From positions 62,001 to 126,000 of the forward strand of contig NMRA01000800.1 of NCBI GenBank assembly GCA_002633005.1: a stretch of 64,000 nucleotides of DNA, read 5' to 3'. The stretch comes from Phoronis australis (lineage: Eukaryota; Animalia; Phoronida). The position numbers were made by a program, and so were the translations under genes. Below the pieces are notes generated by a model. It worked only from the letters and a program-made list of their open reading frames with translations. It did not search any database and was not told the DNA's origin. Positions 37,050-49,413 of this stretch are shown here, in pieces. Within the stretch, counting starts at the first letter, position 1. Each line of letters opens with the position of its first letter.

Positions 37050-38440
37050 TACAAACTTTATTTTGGCATTTGCTTCTCATCTAGTTCCCTCCGTCAACCT
37101 TAGGGACGCTAGAGCTTTCCTTTCACTTGTAGTTATTCATTCTCTACAATCTCTGCGATACGTTTTTCAGCCTGGTAACCTAAGTCATCCACCATTCTCT
37201 TCCCTGTCATACCCAGCATACGTAGCGCCCGACCGAGAGATTGGCCCACGAAACATCTTTCACGGGAAAAACCACACCCTCTGGCACTTCTTGGCCAGCT
37301 CTTGATATTTCTCCCTCTTCCTCTTTTGAGGTTCTTCCATACGCTCCTCCAACGTCACAGTCAACACCAACAGTACCACTTGCTTGGTTAGTCCTAACCA
37401 CGTTACTATGTCTGGACGAAGCTTGGTCTCGACTACTTCCGATGGAAAACAAGTCTCTTGTGCAAATCCACTGTCAATTTCCAATTCCCTGCTGTGTCCA
37501 AAATGCCACTTCCCAATGTTGTTGTTTCCCAGCGTTACCTCATTCGCGTACAAGAGCAGTAAATCTTTGCCCTCTTATCGCCCTCCGGTCCTTCTGACGC
37601 TTCTTGTTCCCATATCACTCCTGTGACTTCGTCATGCCTTCAGATGTAACCCCACCTCATAAAAGAGCCACGGAACGTGGTGACAAAACATACATGATCT
37701 ACATTTGCTGGTGCTTTGCACTACCCACGTGAGGGATACTCTGCGAGACCCCAAATACACAGGTTTGTTGGGCTGTCGTACACAGATCTCAACAGAAACG
37801 TCAGTCTACCTTCCTGCATTAACCAGATTTCCTGCCACTTGAGACTTCTCTGCTTGTCTCTCTGTGAGTTGAGCCAACTCCCCTGCTGTTTCATTACTGT
37901 TGCTTTTTCCACCATAGCTCTTTCTCGCTTCACGCTTGTACTCAAAAAACCCAGCTTGGTTGTGGTATTAGTCCATGTCTATGCCGGCCTATTGCTACTG
38001 TGCCCACTGCGTCATTGCACTTAAGTCCGCTAGATCTACTTTATTGGCTGCTGACTACTTCTTACTGTCTTTGACTCTCTGGATCTTCCCATCCCTGTCC
38101 TTTGTCGCGTCATACGCCAGTGTCGGGTCGCCCAGGCTCTCGATGATGCTCAGTGGGTCACCATGCAGACAGGTACTTCATAAGTTGCAACAGTTTGTAT
38201 TCAGCGGTCGCCGGCGCTTAGTCTACGCAAGTTATGAAAGCTGCTTTCAAGCTAACGTACTTCATCTTATCGCCGTTGAATGTAGAAATGGAAACTCTCT
38301 TCCGGTGCTTCCACATGTCAGCGAGACCCTACTACAATTGAATACCTTCAGTTGCTTTGGCGTGGATGGGATGGAACCTCTAGCACGGGAGGAAGGTGTT
38401 ATGTTTTTTCAGCTTTAACAGCATGTTGTGGGGGATGGAA
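37050..38440 (-). mobile_element. Hero-clade non-LTR retrotransposon fragment, C-terminal part with restriction-like endonuclease
   Basis: KQQGSW...LKWQEIW...LTFLLRSVYD.SPTNL and LRPDIVTW...VVLLVLTVTLEERMEE...RKREKYQEL (degenerate PD-(D/E)xK RLE). Confidence 0.8.
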
Positions 38441-38840
38441 ACCACAATTTTCTTCTTTGTCTGTCACTGATCTGGTTTGGCTAGTAAAGGTTTCGAACTG
38501 TCTTTTTGCCTAAGTTTGCATGATCACCACTTTTGGCGTCTGACAGGTAGGCCAAAACGTCATTAAAGTAGAATTCCACCCAAAAAACAACCTATTTTGT
38601 ACCAATTTATATCAAGTAGTTCCAGTCGATAACAACAAGTTCAGTTCTTTTACCTGACGGCAGACGGAGGTGATGAAATGAATCAATGACGTCACATGTT
38701 TGAACGCAGTTTGTTCCGCAGTTCACAACACGCGTTCTGGTCTCATCTTATTGCTTGAATTCATCGTTTTACACCAATAAATCATCAAAATTCGATGTAA
38801 AACCCTTAAAATCACACCGAGTTCTTGAACAAACGTGTTG

Positions 38841-41800
38841 TTACTCTGCGCGTACAAGCGCAGAGTACTGTTGTTCCTGGGTTTTTTTTAATTTTATTCT
38901 TATTCTTCTTCCGACCAACTTTGAGGCTTAATAACTCCAAATTGGGTGCAGGTACGGTCTTTAAATTCAGCATATGACTTTTGACAGTATATAAATTTTG
39001 ATTGGTTATATAATCATATTCCATATTGCACCGGAAGGGGTCGTTTGGTGCAAAGGTCATATAATTTTCAAAATGGTACTTCAGTTTTAAAGCTATTTTT
39101 TCAAATTCGGTGCACATGTGTAAGTCAACATGAAAATTTTAAAAATTACTTTTCTAAGTAATCGAATCATCCAGTCAGATAAAACAGGTCAAAGGTCATT
39201 AGGTGCAAACTAAAATTTTGAGCTAGACACTTCAAATTCACAAGTCTGATTGGCACAGGTAATTCAATTCGAAATCTAAAGTTTCAGGTCATTTAGTGCA
39301 AACATGGGGTCATTAGGTGCATTTTTCTTATGAAAATTTGTCCTTTTTATTCACCAAGTATTTTGATGTGTCAACCGTTACACAACTCAGATTCTCAGCA
39401 TTAAATATACTTTTCACGGACTTTGCAGAAGGGCTTGTAATGCACTGGATAAAGTCAATTAGTGGAAAGGTCACCTACTATTGAAAAGGTTATTTCTCCT
39501 ATATTTTTCAAGGAATTCTCTTCAATTCCAGCACATTGGTATCAACCTAAATGCCAGTGAAATACCCTAATTTACTAAACAATAGGGCCACCCAATCAGA
39601 GAAAATAGGTCAAAGGTCATTGAGTACAGACTAAAATTTTGAGCTAGACACTTCAAATTCACAAGTCTGATTGGTACGTGTAATTCAATTCGAAAAACAA
39701 AGTTTCAGGTCATTTAGTTCAACCATGGGGTCATTAGGTGCATTTNGGAGACAACGAACAAAGCCTTTGAAAGGGAGCAGCTATTTTTAAAGAAAGGTAT
39801 GTAAGTCATTTTGTTAATTTACTTATTCAGGTCCTTAGCGGGGGATTGGCATGGGGGGTTGGGGTTGTAATATTTGGTACAACTCAGTGTTTGGAAACAA
39901 CAGGTAATACATGTTTGGGGAAAAGAACATGGTGAGGTAATTCTTAATCTTCATGAAGTCCCTTCAAGTTGATTTCATGAAACTGTTTTGCTATTTGTAT
40001 CAATTGTAAACCCATAAAAATATATTACATTTCCTGAATTCACAGTGACTGAATAGTCTTAACTCATGTCTTGAAATGTTGCAAGTCGTTATAAATTCAA
40101 ATGACTGCCATTTTTGTGAAAATTGCATTTTTCATGGTGCCCTACGATTTGTTATTACTCTTAAACAACAGAAAGATTATCCATCATTTTTAAATCACCC
40201 AAGTCTTCATATCTTCTATTGGAAGAAAAATTAAAAGTCTGAGAAACGGTTACCTCAACCTAAGACTAGAAGTACATGTATGCTTGACAGACCCATGAAC
40301 CTGTAATAGGAGTTTAAAATTGCTGAAAGTATCAAAAATCAAAAGGCTTGAACATGGGTAACAAAGGTTTGAAGTTGTCTCAAAAACTTGTACATTTTGC
40401 AGACAGGTGATGCGTTTAAATAATTGTTATGGCTAGGAATAAAAAATAAAGATACAAGTTTTATGCATTACTTATTATATACACCTTTGGTTTCTGAAAA
40501 TAGTAATTATTTAATTTTATGTGAAACTGTAGAGCAGTCACCATATATTTTCGAAAAACAGGTATAACATTTTTGACCCAATCTGGATTACTTAATTCTT
40601 CATATTTCATTATTTGTTCCCGGTTCTGTGACATTATAAGGCCACTTCAAGCTGTATCACAGACAAGCATTGTTACTCCGTTCTCTTCCCACAGCACTTC
40701 CACACACCAGCAGTGTGAATTGCAGTACTAAGTTACAATAAGACAATGTGCCAGTGGACTGTCTGTGTATTCAGACGAACTCTATCTGACTGCTACACAA
40801 GTAAGCCTTGTTGGTGAGGATGCCCTTTCAATTGCTTATTTCCTTTCCTGGAAAAAACACGACGGACTGAAGCTAAAGAAGACCTAGTGACACTCTGGTC
40901 TAGTTCAGGGTCTGATTTTTGGCTCAAAACCATTCAAGTGATATGCTATTGTGTTTACCTTCAAGGGACTGAGTGTGGATGTTATTGAGGCTGAATGAGG
41001 TGGCATGAAAGAAAGACACGTGTCAAAACTGGACCTTTTTACAAGCGCTTCTATAGGCCATTGAAACTAGATCCCAGTGAAATGAATCCCAAAAGCTGAG
41101 TGACATTAAATTTTCCTTTCAGAAGAAAGGCTTTACACTATTGGTAAAAACTTTCCAATTTGGTACACATTATGGGGAAATAACATTCAGTGACTGCATC
41201 GACTGTCTTGTCGTATGTTTAAGAATCTGCTATGCACAAGATTCGAGAATAAACAATTATCAGTGCATTTAAAAACAAATGGCAAACTGAAATAGCAGAA
41301 AGAAACAACATTGCGACTGAATTCATAATCAGGCATATCAAGTGCTGAAATTCTGAATTACGTTCGATTCTCTCAGATTATTGTTGAAGGATTGCTTTTC
41401 ACTTTGTCCAACGGTAAAATAGATGGTCAAGCGGTTGGTTTCAGTTGTTTTCTCTCACCTGTAACAGAATAGCCGGAGAAATATTAGCAAATTGTAAAAG
41501 AAAAGACAAGACAAAACTACTTTTGTAAGGCAGAACATACTTGACGTTTCATCTTCATGTTTATGTGTAGAAACTAATAACCTTTGTACCCAAGTCTTAT
41601 TTTAATACCTGAATAAAAATATGTGAAAAAGGCTAAAAGTGATTTAACAATGTGTATTTTTCATGACACTTAAAATGTGCTTCTTATCTCAACAAGTAAA
41701 ATTCATTCTAGGTGTTCAATGCAATGTTACGACATTTACTGAATTAAGGCTTATTCATATTAATTCGATATCTGATCTGGTAGTCCTGGGGTGGGGTCTG

Positions 41801-42706
41801 CAAAAAATAAGGAAACTCATTCATCTAGAAATTTTTATTGGAAACAGCATAGTTTTGAAGAGAAACTGTTGTAAAAAAGTCACCCTGGACTTCTGTGCGT
41901 CACGTACCATACACCTTTTATTTTGGGAGCACTCCCACCCAGGACAATATGAATATGTGCTGCTAGCCTACCCGGCATCGTATGAGTTTCCTAAAAGAAA
42001 CACTTAGTTCCACTCAATAAACCTGTTATTCAGTGGGGTAACTAGTGTGCATAATATCACCGACCGATGTTGATAGAAACTGATTGCTAAAAACTTACTT
42101 AATGTTGTGTAGTCTCCGACTGGAACTCCGTAGACATAGAGCACACACAAGGCTTCAGCATCCACACACTTTTTGTCAGTTAGTTGACCCTTTTGACCGC
42201 AATTGTCCACGAATATAGTAACCTTGGGTCTTTTGGGAATTTGTGGCCACCTGTCGAAGACTTGCACCAGGAAAATTAGCAGTAATAAGGCTTAGCGCGA
42301 CGACGTATTTTAATAACAATTCCATCTTTTACTAGTTGTTTACATGCAGACAGCCACGCATGCGCAATTCAATTACCACAAGTACAGCAGCGACACCGCG
42401 AGGAGAATTCTCCGAATAGCCCCATTCATTCATGTTGTATTCTGAAGTGCTTAAAATAAAACATTTGTGATTCTTAGCATTAACCACACTTTTAATCGAG
42501 TTTACAATTTTTCCCTCATCCGGGCTCATAATGCACCGAATGAGTGGAAAGGTCATCAAAATATTAACATTTATTTTTTCCAACAATTTTAAGGAATTCC
42601 TTTTGAAATTGGTAAACGGGTTGCTGTCAGTAACTTCCCATAGCAATTCCTTTAATACGCACGCGCATAGTCCATTATTGTCACGCTATGGCAATAATCT
42701 TTCTAG
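38841..42706 (-). mobile_element. Helentron/Helitron-type (HINE) element, left copy, containing an ISL2EU-like insertion
   Basis: Terminal hairpin TACTCTGCGC-N6-GCGCAGAGTA (38842-38867), (ATTCTT)n microsatellite and TGACCTTTGACC-type subrepeats. The other end has a degenerate hairpin plus CTAG (42703-42706). Confidence 0.78.
39748..42423 (-). mobile_element. ISL2EU-like element copy (one end lost in the N gap at 39747)
   Basis: Reverse-complement match to 44890-48642 without the MITE. Ends ATTCTCCGAATAGCCCC|AT. YqaJ-like GLSVYSDELYLTATQVSLVGEDAL at ~40757-40826 (+). Confidence 0.8.
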
Positions 42707-43195
42707 TTTTATTTTGCCGTTTCGGATATACATGTATCATGTATTTGAACGTACCGTAGCCTACAAAGTTCGGTAGGCCAATTTACCAGGATCGGTCGCG
42801 AGAGTTCGGGTTATGTCTCGTGATAAATTCGAGTTATTCTTCCGTGAAATATAGACTGGAGGACATTGCTGTGTGTTGTAATTTTAGACTTTCGATTTTT
42901 TCAGCTCTAAACACACGAGACGCTTGTTCATATCCCGGCCAGTGGCTCGGAACCCGTTCAGGCCCTTCGCGGCCTTACTTAAGACATCACGAACATAAAC
43001 CAGCCTAAGTTGGAAACTTAACTTCCATTCACGGAACTACTATACTAGTGAGCCAAAGAAATAATGTGCACGTGATTATTTTGGTGAATTAGCCGCGAAA
43101 CTGCAAATCTACTTACTTGAGGCGGGGGCCGCGAAGTCAGGTTCCCCTTCCACAGCGCAGTCAGGGCAAAAGTTGTACAGTAACAATGATTCAAA

Positions 43196-44391
43196 CTAGA
43201 AAGATTGTTGTCACGGCGTGACAATAACGGACTCTGTGCGTGCGTATTACTGGAATTATTATGGGAAGTTACTAACAGCAACCCGTTTACCAATATGAAA
43301 AGGAATTCTTTAAAATTGTAGGAGAAATTACATATTAATTTTTTGATGACCCTTCCACTAATTGACCTCTTCCGGTGCATTATGAGCCCCGATGAGGGAG
43401 TAATTGTTAACTTGATTAAAAGTGGTTAATGCTAATAATCACAGATGTTTTACTTTAAGCATTTCAGAATACAAGATGAATGAAGTGGTCAAACTTTCAG
43501 AAGAAAAATGCACCTATTGACCCCATGGGTGCAACAAATGACCTAAAAATTTAGAATTCATACTCAATCGCACTTAATAAACAGATACGTAATTCTGAAG
43601 TCTCTAGCTCAAAATTTTAGCTTGCACTCAATGACCTTTGACCTATTTTTTTCTGATTGGTTAGGCCTATTGCGAAGTAAAGTAGGGTATTTAATTGGCA
43701 TGTTGACTTACACCAGTGTGCTGAAATTGAAAAGAAATCCTTGAAAAACGTAAGAGATATATTTTGAACGTTACAGGACCTTTGCACTAATTGACCTTAT
43801 CCGGTACATTTTAAGCATCTTTATGAGAATTATTGCAAAGCCCATGGAAAATGTGTTTAATGCTAAGAATCACAGTTGTCTAACGGTTGACACATCAGAA
43901 TATTTGTTGATTGAAAAGGTCAAATTTTCAGAAGAAAAATGCACCTAATGATCCCATGTTTGCACTAAATGACCTGAAACTTTGGATTCCGATTTGATTT
44001 ACCTGTGGCAATCAGACCAGTTAGTTTGAACTGTCAAGCTCAAAATTTTAGTTTGCACCTAATGACCTTTGACCTATTTCACCTGATTGGATGACCCGAT
44101 TACTTAGAAAAGTAATTTTTAAATTGTCATGTTGACTGATACCTGTGCACCGAATTTGAAAAAGATAGCTCTAAAACTGAAGGAGGAGTAGCATTTTGAA
44201 AATTATATGACCTTTGCACCAAACGACCTCTTCCGGTGCAATATGGAGTATGATTATATAACCAATCAAAATTTATATACTGTAAAAAGTCATATGCTGA
44301 ATTTAAAGACCGTACCAGCACCCAATTTGGAGTTATTAAGCCTCAAAGTTGGTCGGAAGAAGAATAAGAAGAAGAATAAGAAGAATAAGAA
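43196..44391 (+). mobile_element. HINE-type element, middle copy without insertions
   Basis: Begins CTAGAAAGATTGTTGTCACGGCGTGACAAT (palindrome) and ends in (AAGAAT)n, fused directly to the next copy's CTAG. Confidence 0.8.
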
Positions 44392-44889
44392 CTAGAAAGA
44401 TTAATGTCACGGCATGAGAATAACGGACCCTGCGCGGCCGTATTACTGGAATTATGGGAAGTTACTGACAGCTACCCGTTTACCAATATGAAAAGGAATT
44501 TTTTAAAATTGTAGGAGAAATTACATATTAATTTTTTGATGACCTTTCCACTAATTGACCTCTTCCGGTGCATTATGAGCCCCGATGAGGGAGTAATTGT
44601 TAACTCGATTAAAAGTGTGGTTAATGCTAATAATCACAGATGTTTTACTTTAAGCACTTCAGAATACAAGATGAATGAAATGGTCAAACTTTCAGCAGAA
44701 AAATGCACCCAATGACCCCATGGGTGCACCAAATGACCTGAAAATTTAGAATTCATACTCAATCGCAGTTAGTAAACAGGTACGTAACTCTGAAGTCTCT
44801 AGCTCAAAATTTTAGTTTGCACTCAATGACCTTTGACCTATTATTTCTGATTGGTTAGACCTATTGCGAAGTGAAGTAGGGTATTTAAT

Positions 44890-47800
44890 GGGGCTATTTG
44901 GAGAATCCAAGTGGTGTCGCTGCTGTACAAGTGGTGATTGAATTGCGCATGCGTGGCTGTCTGCATGTACACAACTGGTAAAAGATGCAATTTTTATCAA
45001 AATACGTCGTCGCGCTAAGCCTTATTACATAGGTGGATTTAGGGGGGGCCCAGGGGGCCCTGCCCCTCCCCCCCCGCTTGGCTGCCGCAAAAAATAAAAC
45101 AGTAAGAGCGTAGGGAAATGTTGAGTTTATTAATTAACCCCGGTAATTACAATTATAAGGATGAAAAAAGATTTAAATGTGTGCAGTTTTAGTGTTGGTG
45201 GGGGGCTCAAATCCAATTTCAAGTGTCAAATTCTGAACACGGCGCATTCGTAACGGAACTATGGCTAAGTATAGGCTCTCCCGCGATATCGCAGGCGACC
45301 GGCAGTGGCGCTGCGCACTACTACTCCTTTTCCGTCGTCTGCTCCACTGTGCAATGAAAAAAATTTACTTCATTTTTTAAAGAAAATGGAACCTGAGTGA
45401 CGATGAAAAAGCAGAATCTGCTGGTAAGATGTGAATTTTAATCGAAGCCTTAGTGAATCACTCAGAAACTCGCAATACTCTCTTTGTCAAACCTTATGTT
45501 AGGACGATTTCCAAAGCAATCCCGACATTATTGCCAACACGAAAAACGGATTTGGTCTTTTGGGCATTTGAAGACTATTTTAAATACGACAAATTTGTTA
45601 AGAATTGATGGCACAAAATATATAACCTGTAAAAAGCATTACAAAAAGAAGTAGGTTTCGCGCGCAAACGCTGTGGACCATAAACAAGTAGGTCTCTTAG
45701 TTTACGATTAGTAGTTAATTCGTGGTGGTGTAGTGGTAATGCACGCGCGCTCTAACTGCTAGGTCGTGAGTTCGAATCTTTGGAACTTGCAATTTTTCCT
45801 GTTTGACACGTTCTCCGTTTTTTTTTTGCCTCCTTTTCTTGGATAATACTTCAGGAATCAAGGAAAATGCTTGATTTTTAGAGGTGAAAACAGAAAAATT
45901 TCCTGGGCGGGATGGGGGCAAATCCCCCTCCCGACCTCCCCCCCATTCGGTGCTATGCGCATCTACAATTGTGGTTCACTTTCCGCAAATGCTTACAGCC
46001 GGACAAAATGTTGGGCCCCTCCTTGTGATATCCTAGATCCGCCACTGTATTACTGCTAATTTCCTTGGTGCAAGTCTTCGACAGGTGGCCACAAATTTCC
46101 AAAAGACCTAAGGTTACTATATTCGTGTACAATTGCGGTCAACAAGGTCAACTAACTGACAAAAAGTGTATGGATGCTGAAGTCCCGTGTGTGCTCTATG
46201 ACTATGCAGTTCCATTCGTAGACTACACAACATTACTTGGTAAGTTTTTAGCAATCAGTTTCTATCAACATCTTTCGGTGATGTTATCCCCCCCAGTTAC
46301 CCCACTGAATAACAGGTTTATTGAGTGGAACTAAGTGTTTCTTTTTGGAAACTCACCCGATGCCGGGTAGGCTAGCAGCACATATTCATATTGTCCTGGG
46401 TGGGAGTGCTCCCAAAATAAGAGGTGTATGGTACGTGATGCAAAGAAGTCAACAATGACTTTTTCACAGCAGTTTCTCTTCAAAACTATGCTTTTTCCAA
46501 TGAAATTCTCTAGATTAGTGAGTTTCCTTATTTTATCGTGGACCCCACCCCCAGGACAACCAGCTCAGTTATCGAATTAACATGAATAAGCCTTAATTCA
46601 GTAAATGTCATTACATTGCATTGGAAAAAATTGACACCTAGAATGAATTTTACTTGTTGAGATCAGAAGCACGTTTTAAGTGTCATGAAAAATACACATT
46701 GTTAAATCACTTTTAGCCTGTTTCACAAATTTTAATTCAGATATTAAATACTAAGACTTGGGTACAAAGGTTATTAGTTTCTACACTTAAACATCAAGAT
46801 GAAATGTCAAGTATGTTCTGCGTTACAAAAGTAGTTTTGTCTTGTCTTTTCTTTTACAATTTGCTAATATTTCTATTCTGTTACAGGCAAGAAAAAACAA
46901 CTGAAACCAACCGCCTGACCATCTATTTCACCGTTGGACAAAGTGAAAAGCAATCCTTCAGCAATAACCTGAGAGAATTGAACGTAATTCAGAAATTCAG
47001 CACCTAATATGCCTGATTGTGTACTCCCTCGCAATGTTGTTTCTTTCTGTGCTTTTTCAGTCTGCCATTTGTTTTTAAATACACTGATAATTGTTTATTC
47101 TCGAATCTTGTGCAAAGCAGATTCTTATTCAGCTACATGTAGCTACAATTGAAAACATACAATAAGACAATCGATGCAGTCACTTCCCCATAATCTGTAC
47201 CAAATTGAAAAGTTTTTACCAATAGTATAAAGCCTTTCTTCTGAAAGGAAAATTTAATGTCACTCAGCTTTTGGCTTTTATTTCACTGGGTTCTAGTTTC
47301 AATGGCCTATAGAAGCGCTTGTAAAAAAGGTCCAGTTTCAACACATGACTTTCTTTCATGTAACCTCATTCAGCCTCAATAACATCCACAATTAGACCCT
47401 TGAAGGTAAACACAGCAGCATATCACTTGAATCGTTTTGAGCCCAAAATCAGACTCTGAACTAAACCAGAGTGTGACTAGGTCTTCTTTAGCTTCAGTCC
47501 CTCATGTTTCTTCCAGGAAAGGAAATGAGCTATTGTCCACACATGACTCATTGCCTATGAAAGGGCATCCTCACCAACGAGGCTGACTTGTGTAGCAGTC
47601 AGATAGAGTTCGTCTGGATACACAAACACTCCACTGGCACATTGTCTTATGGTAACTTAGTACTGCGATTCACATTTCTCCAGGGCCACTGACTTGCACA
47701 TTGTGCCAAGCAGCACTGCTGGTGTGTGGAAGTGCTGTGGGAAGAGAACGGAGTAACAAAGCTTGTCTATGATACAGCTTGAAGTGGCCTTAAAATGTCA

Positions 47801-49413
47801 CTGAACCTGGAACAAATATTGAAATATGAATAATTAAGTACTCCAGATTGGATCAAAAATGTTATCCCTGTTTTTCAAAAATATATGGTGATTGGTCTAC
47901 AGTTTCACATAAAAGTAAATAATTACTATTTTCAGAAACCAAGGGTGTATATAATGAGTATTGCATAAAACTGTGTCTTTATTTTTTATCCCTAGCCATA
48001 ACAATTCTTTAAACGCATCACTTGTCTGTAAAATATACAAGTTTTTTGAGACAACTTCAAACCTTTGTTACCCATTTTCAAGCCTTTTTAATTTTGATAC
48101 TTTCAGCAATTTTAAACTCAGATTACAGGTTCATGGGTCTGTCAAGCATACTTCTAGCCTAAGGTTGAGGGAACCGTTTTTCTTCTAATAGAAGATATGA
48201 AGACTTGGGTCATTTAAAAATGATGGATAATCTTTCTGTTGTTTAAGAGTAATTACAAATCGTAAGGCACCATCAAAAATGCAATTTTCACAAAAATGGC
48301 AGTCATTTGAATTTATAACGACTTGCAACATTTCAAGGCATGAGTTAAGACTATTCAGTCACTGTGAATTCGGAAAATGTAATATATTTTCGTGGTTTTA
48401 CAATTGATACAAGTAGCAAAACAGTTTCATGAAATCAACTTGAAGGGACTTCGTGAAGGTTAAGAATTACCTCACCATGCTCTTTTCCCCAAACATGTAT
48501 TACCTGTTATTTCCACACATTCAGTTGTACCAAATATTACAACCCCCCATGCCAATCCCCCCTCAGAGGACCTGAATAAGTAATTTAACAAAATGACTTT
48601 AAAAATAGCTGTTCCTTTTCAAAGGCTTTGTTCGTTGTCTCCAATATTGAAAGTAGGCTTTGACAACAGATCTGCACTGGATGGGAAGATCTTGTTGGTT
48701 AGCTGCAGTCAAATGCTAAAAACCAATTTTTGTCCATTCAGGGACGGTACAGAAGCGATGCATATCTCCTCTGCACGGTACAAGCCTTCAAACCTAAAAA
48801 CCAAAGGTTACGTGAAAACTGACGTGATAGATTTCCATTTCAACGTGTAATAGATTTCCAGAAGACATATGATAGGGAGTAAACAAATAGTCTAATGCAA
48901 TGGATATTTATCACTCACGTACCCTTTGCCATTGGGATTGGATTGTAATCTTAACTCATTAACCTGTATCGAGTTGACAGCATAAACATTCAGCATTGAT
49001 TGATGTAACTGTCACTGATAAACTTTTAGAAATCATTCCAAACAATAATAATGCTTTGATGTACGAAAAGATCCCGATTGCTACGTCAAGTATCGTAACA
49101 AGCATCACAACAAAACAAAGATTAACCCGACTGGCGACTGCCGCGAAGTCGACATCGGCGAGTATCTCAGTTAACAGGCATCAGTAGAATAAACATGGCA
49201 TAATCATTAAAATAATCACAAACCTTACCTTTGTATAAGGTCGTGCTTACTTCCTCTCATAGAAGCACGCTTTTTACGCAATCTCAGATTCAGTTGGCAC
49301 GGCTGCAAGCCATTTCACCATGTATTTAAAGGGCTCGCGATATCGAGGCTGTTAATCTATCACCACTAGTACACGCACGCCCTCTAGTTATTGTAGATTT
49401 TCCGAATAGCCCC
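44890..49413 (+). mobile_element. ISL2EU-like DNA transposon with both termini, AT TSD, decayed THAP (+) and convergent SAP/YqaJ-like ORF (-)
   Basis: AT|GGGGCTATTTGGAGAAT ... ATTTTCCGAATAGCCCC|AT. The empty site TATTTAATTGGC is visible in the middle HINE copy (~43688). Minus strand QLNLRLRKKRASMRGSKHDLIQR (SAP-like, 49229-49296, with donor) and SGVFVYPDELYLTATQVSLVGEDAL (YqaJ-like, ~47565-47636). Confidence 0.85.
45028..46047. mobile_element. ~1-kb MITE with exact 5-bp TSD inserted in the ISL2EU THAP region
   Basis: TATTA|CATAGGTGGATTTAGGGG ... CCTAGATCCGCCACTG|TATTA. The empty site is seen in the copy at ~42275-42295. A second copy starts at 63508. Confidence 0.9.

Noticed and set aside
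45722-45795. Functional tRNA gene
   Set aside because: A and B boxes are present but I cannot build an acceptor stem or cloverleaf, and it lies inside a MITE.
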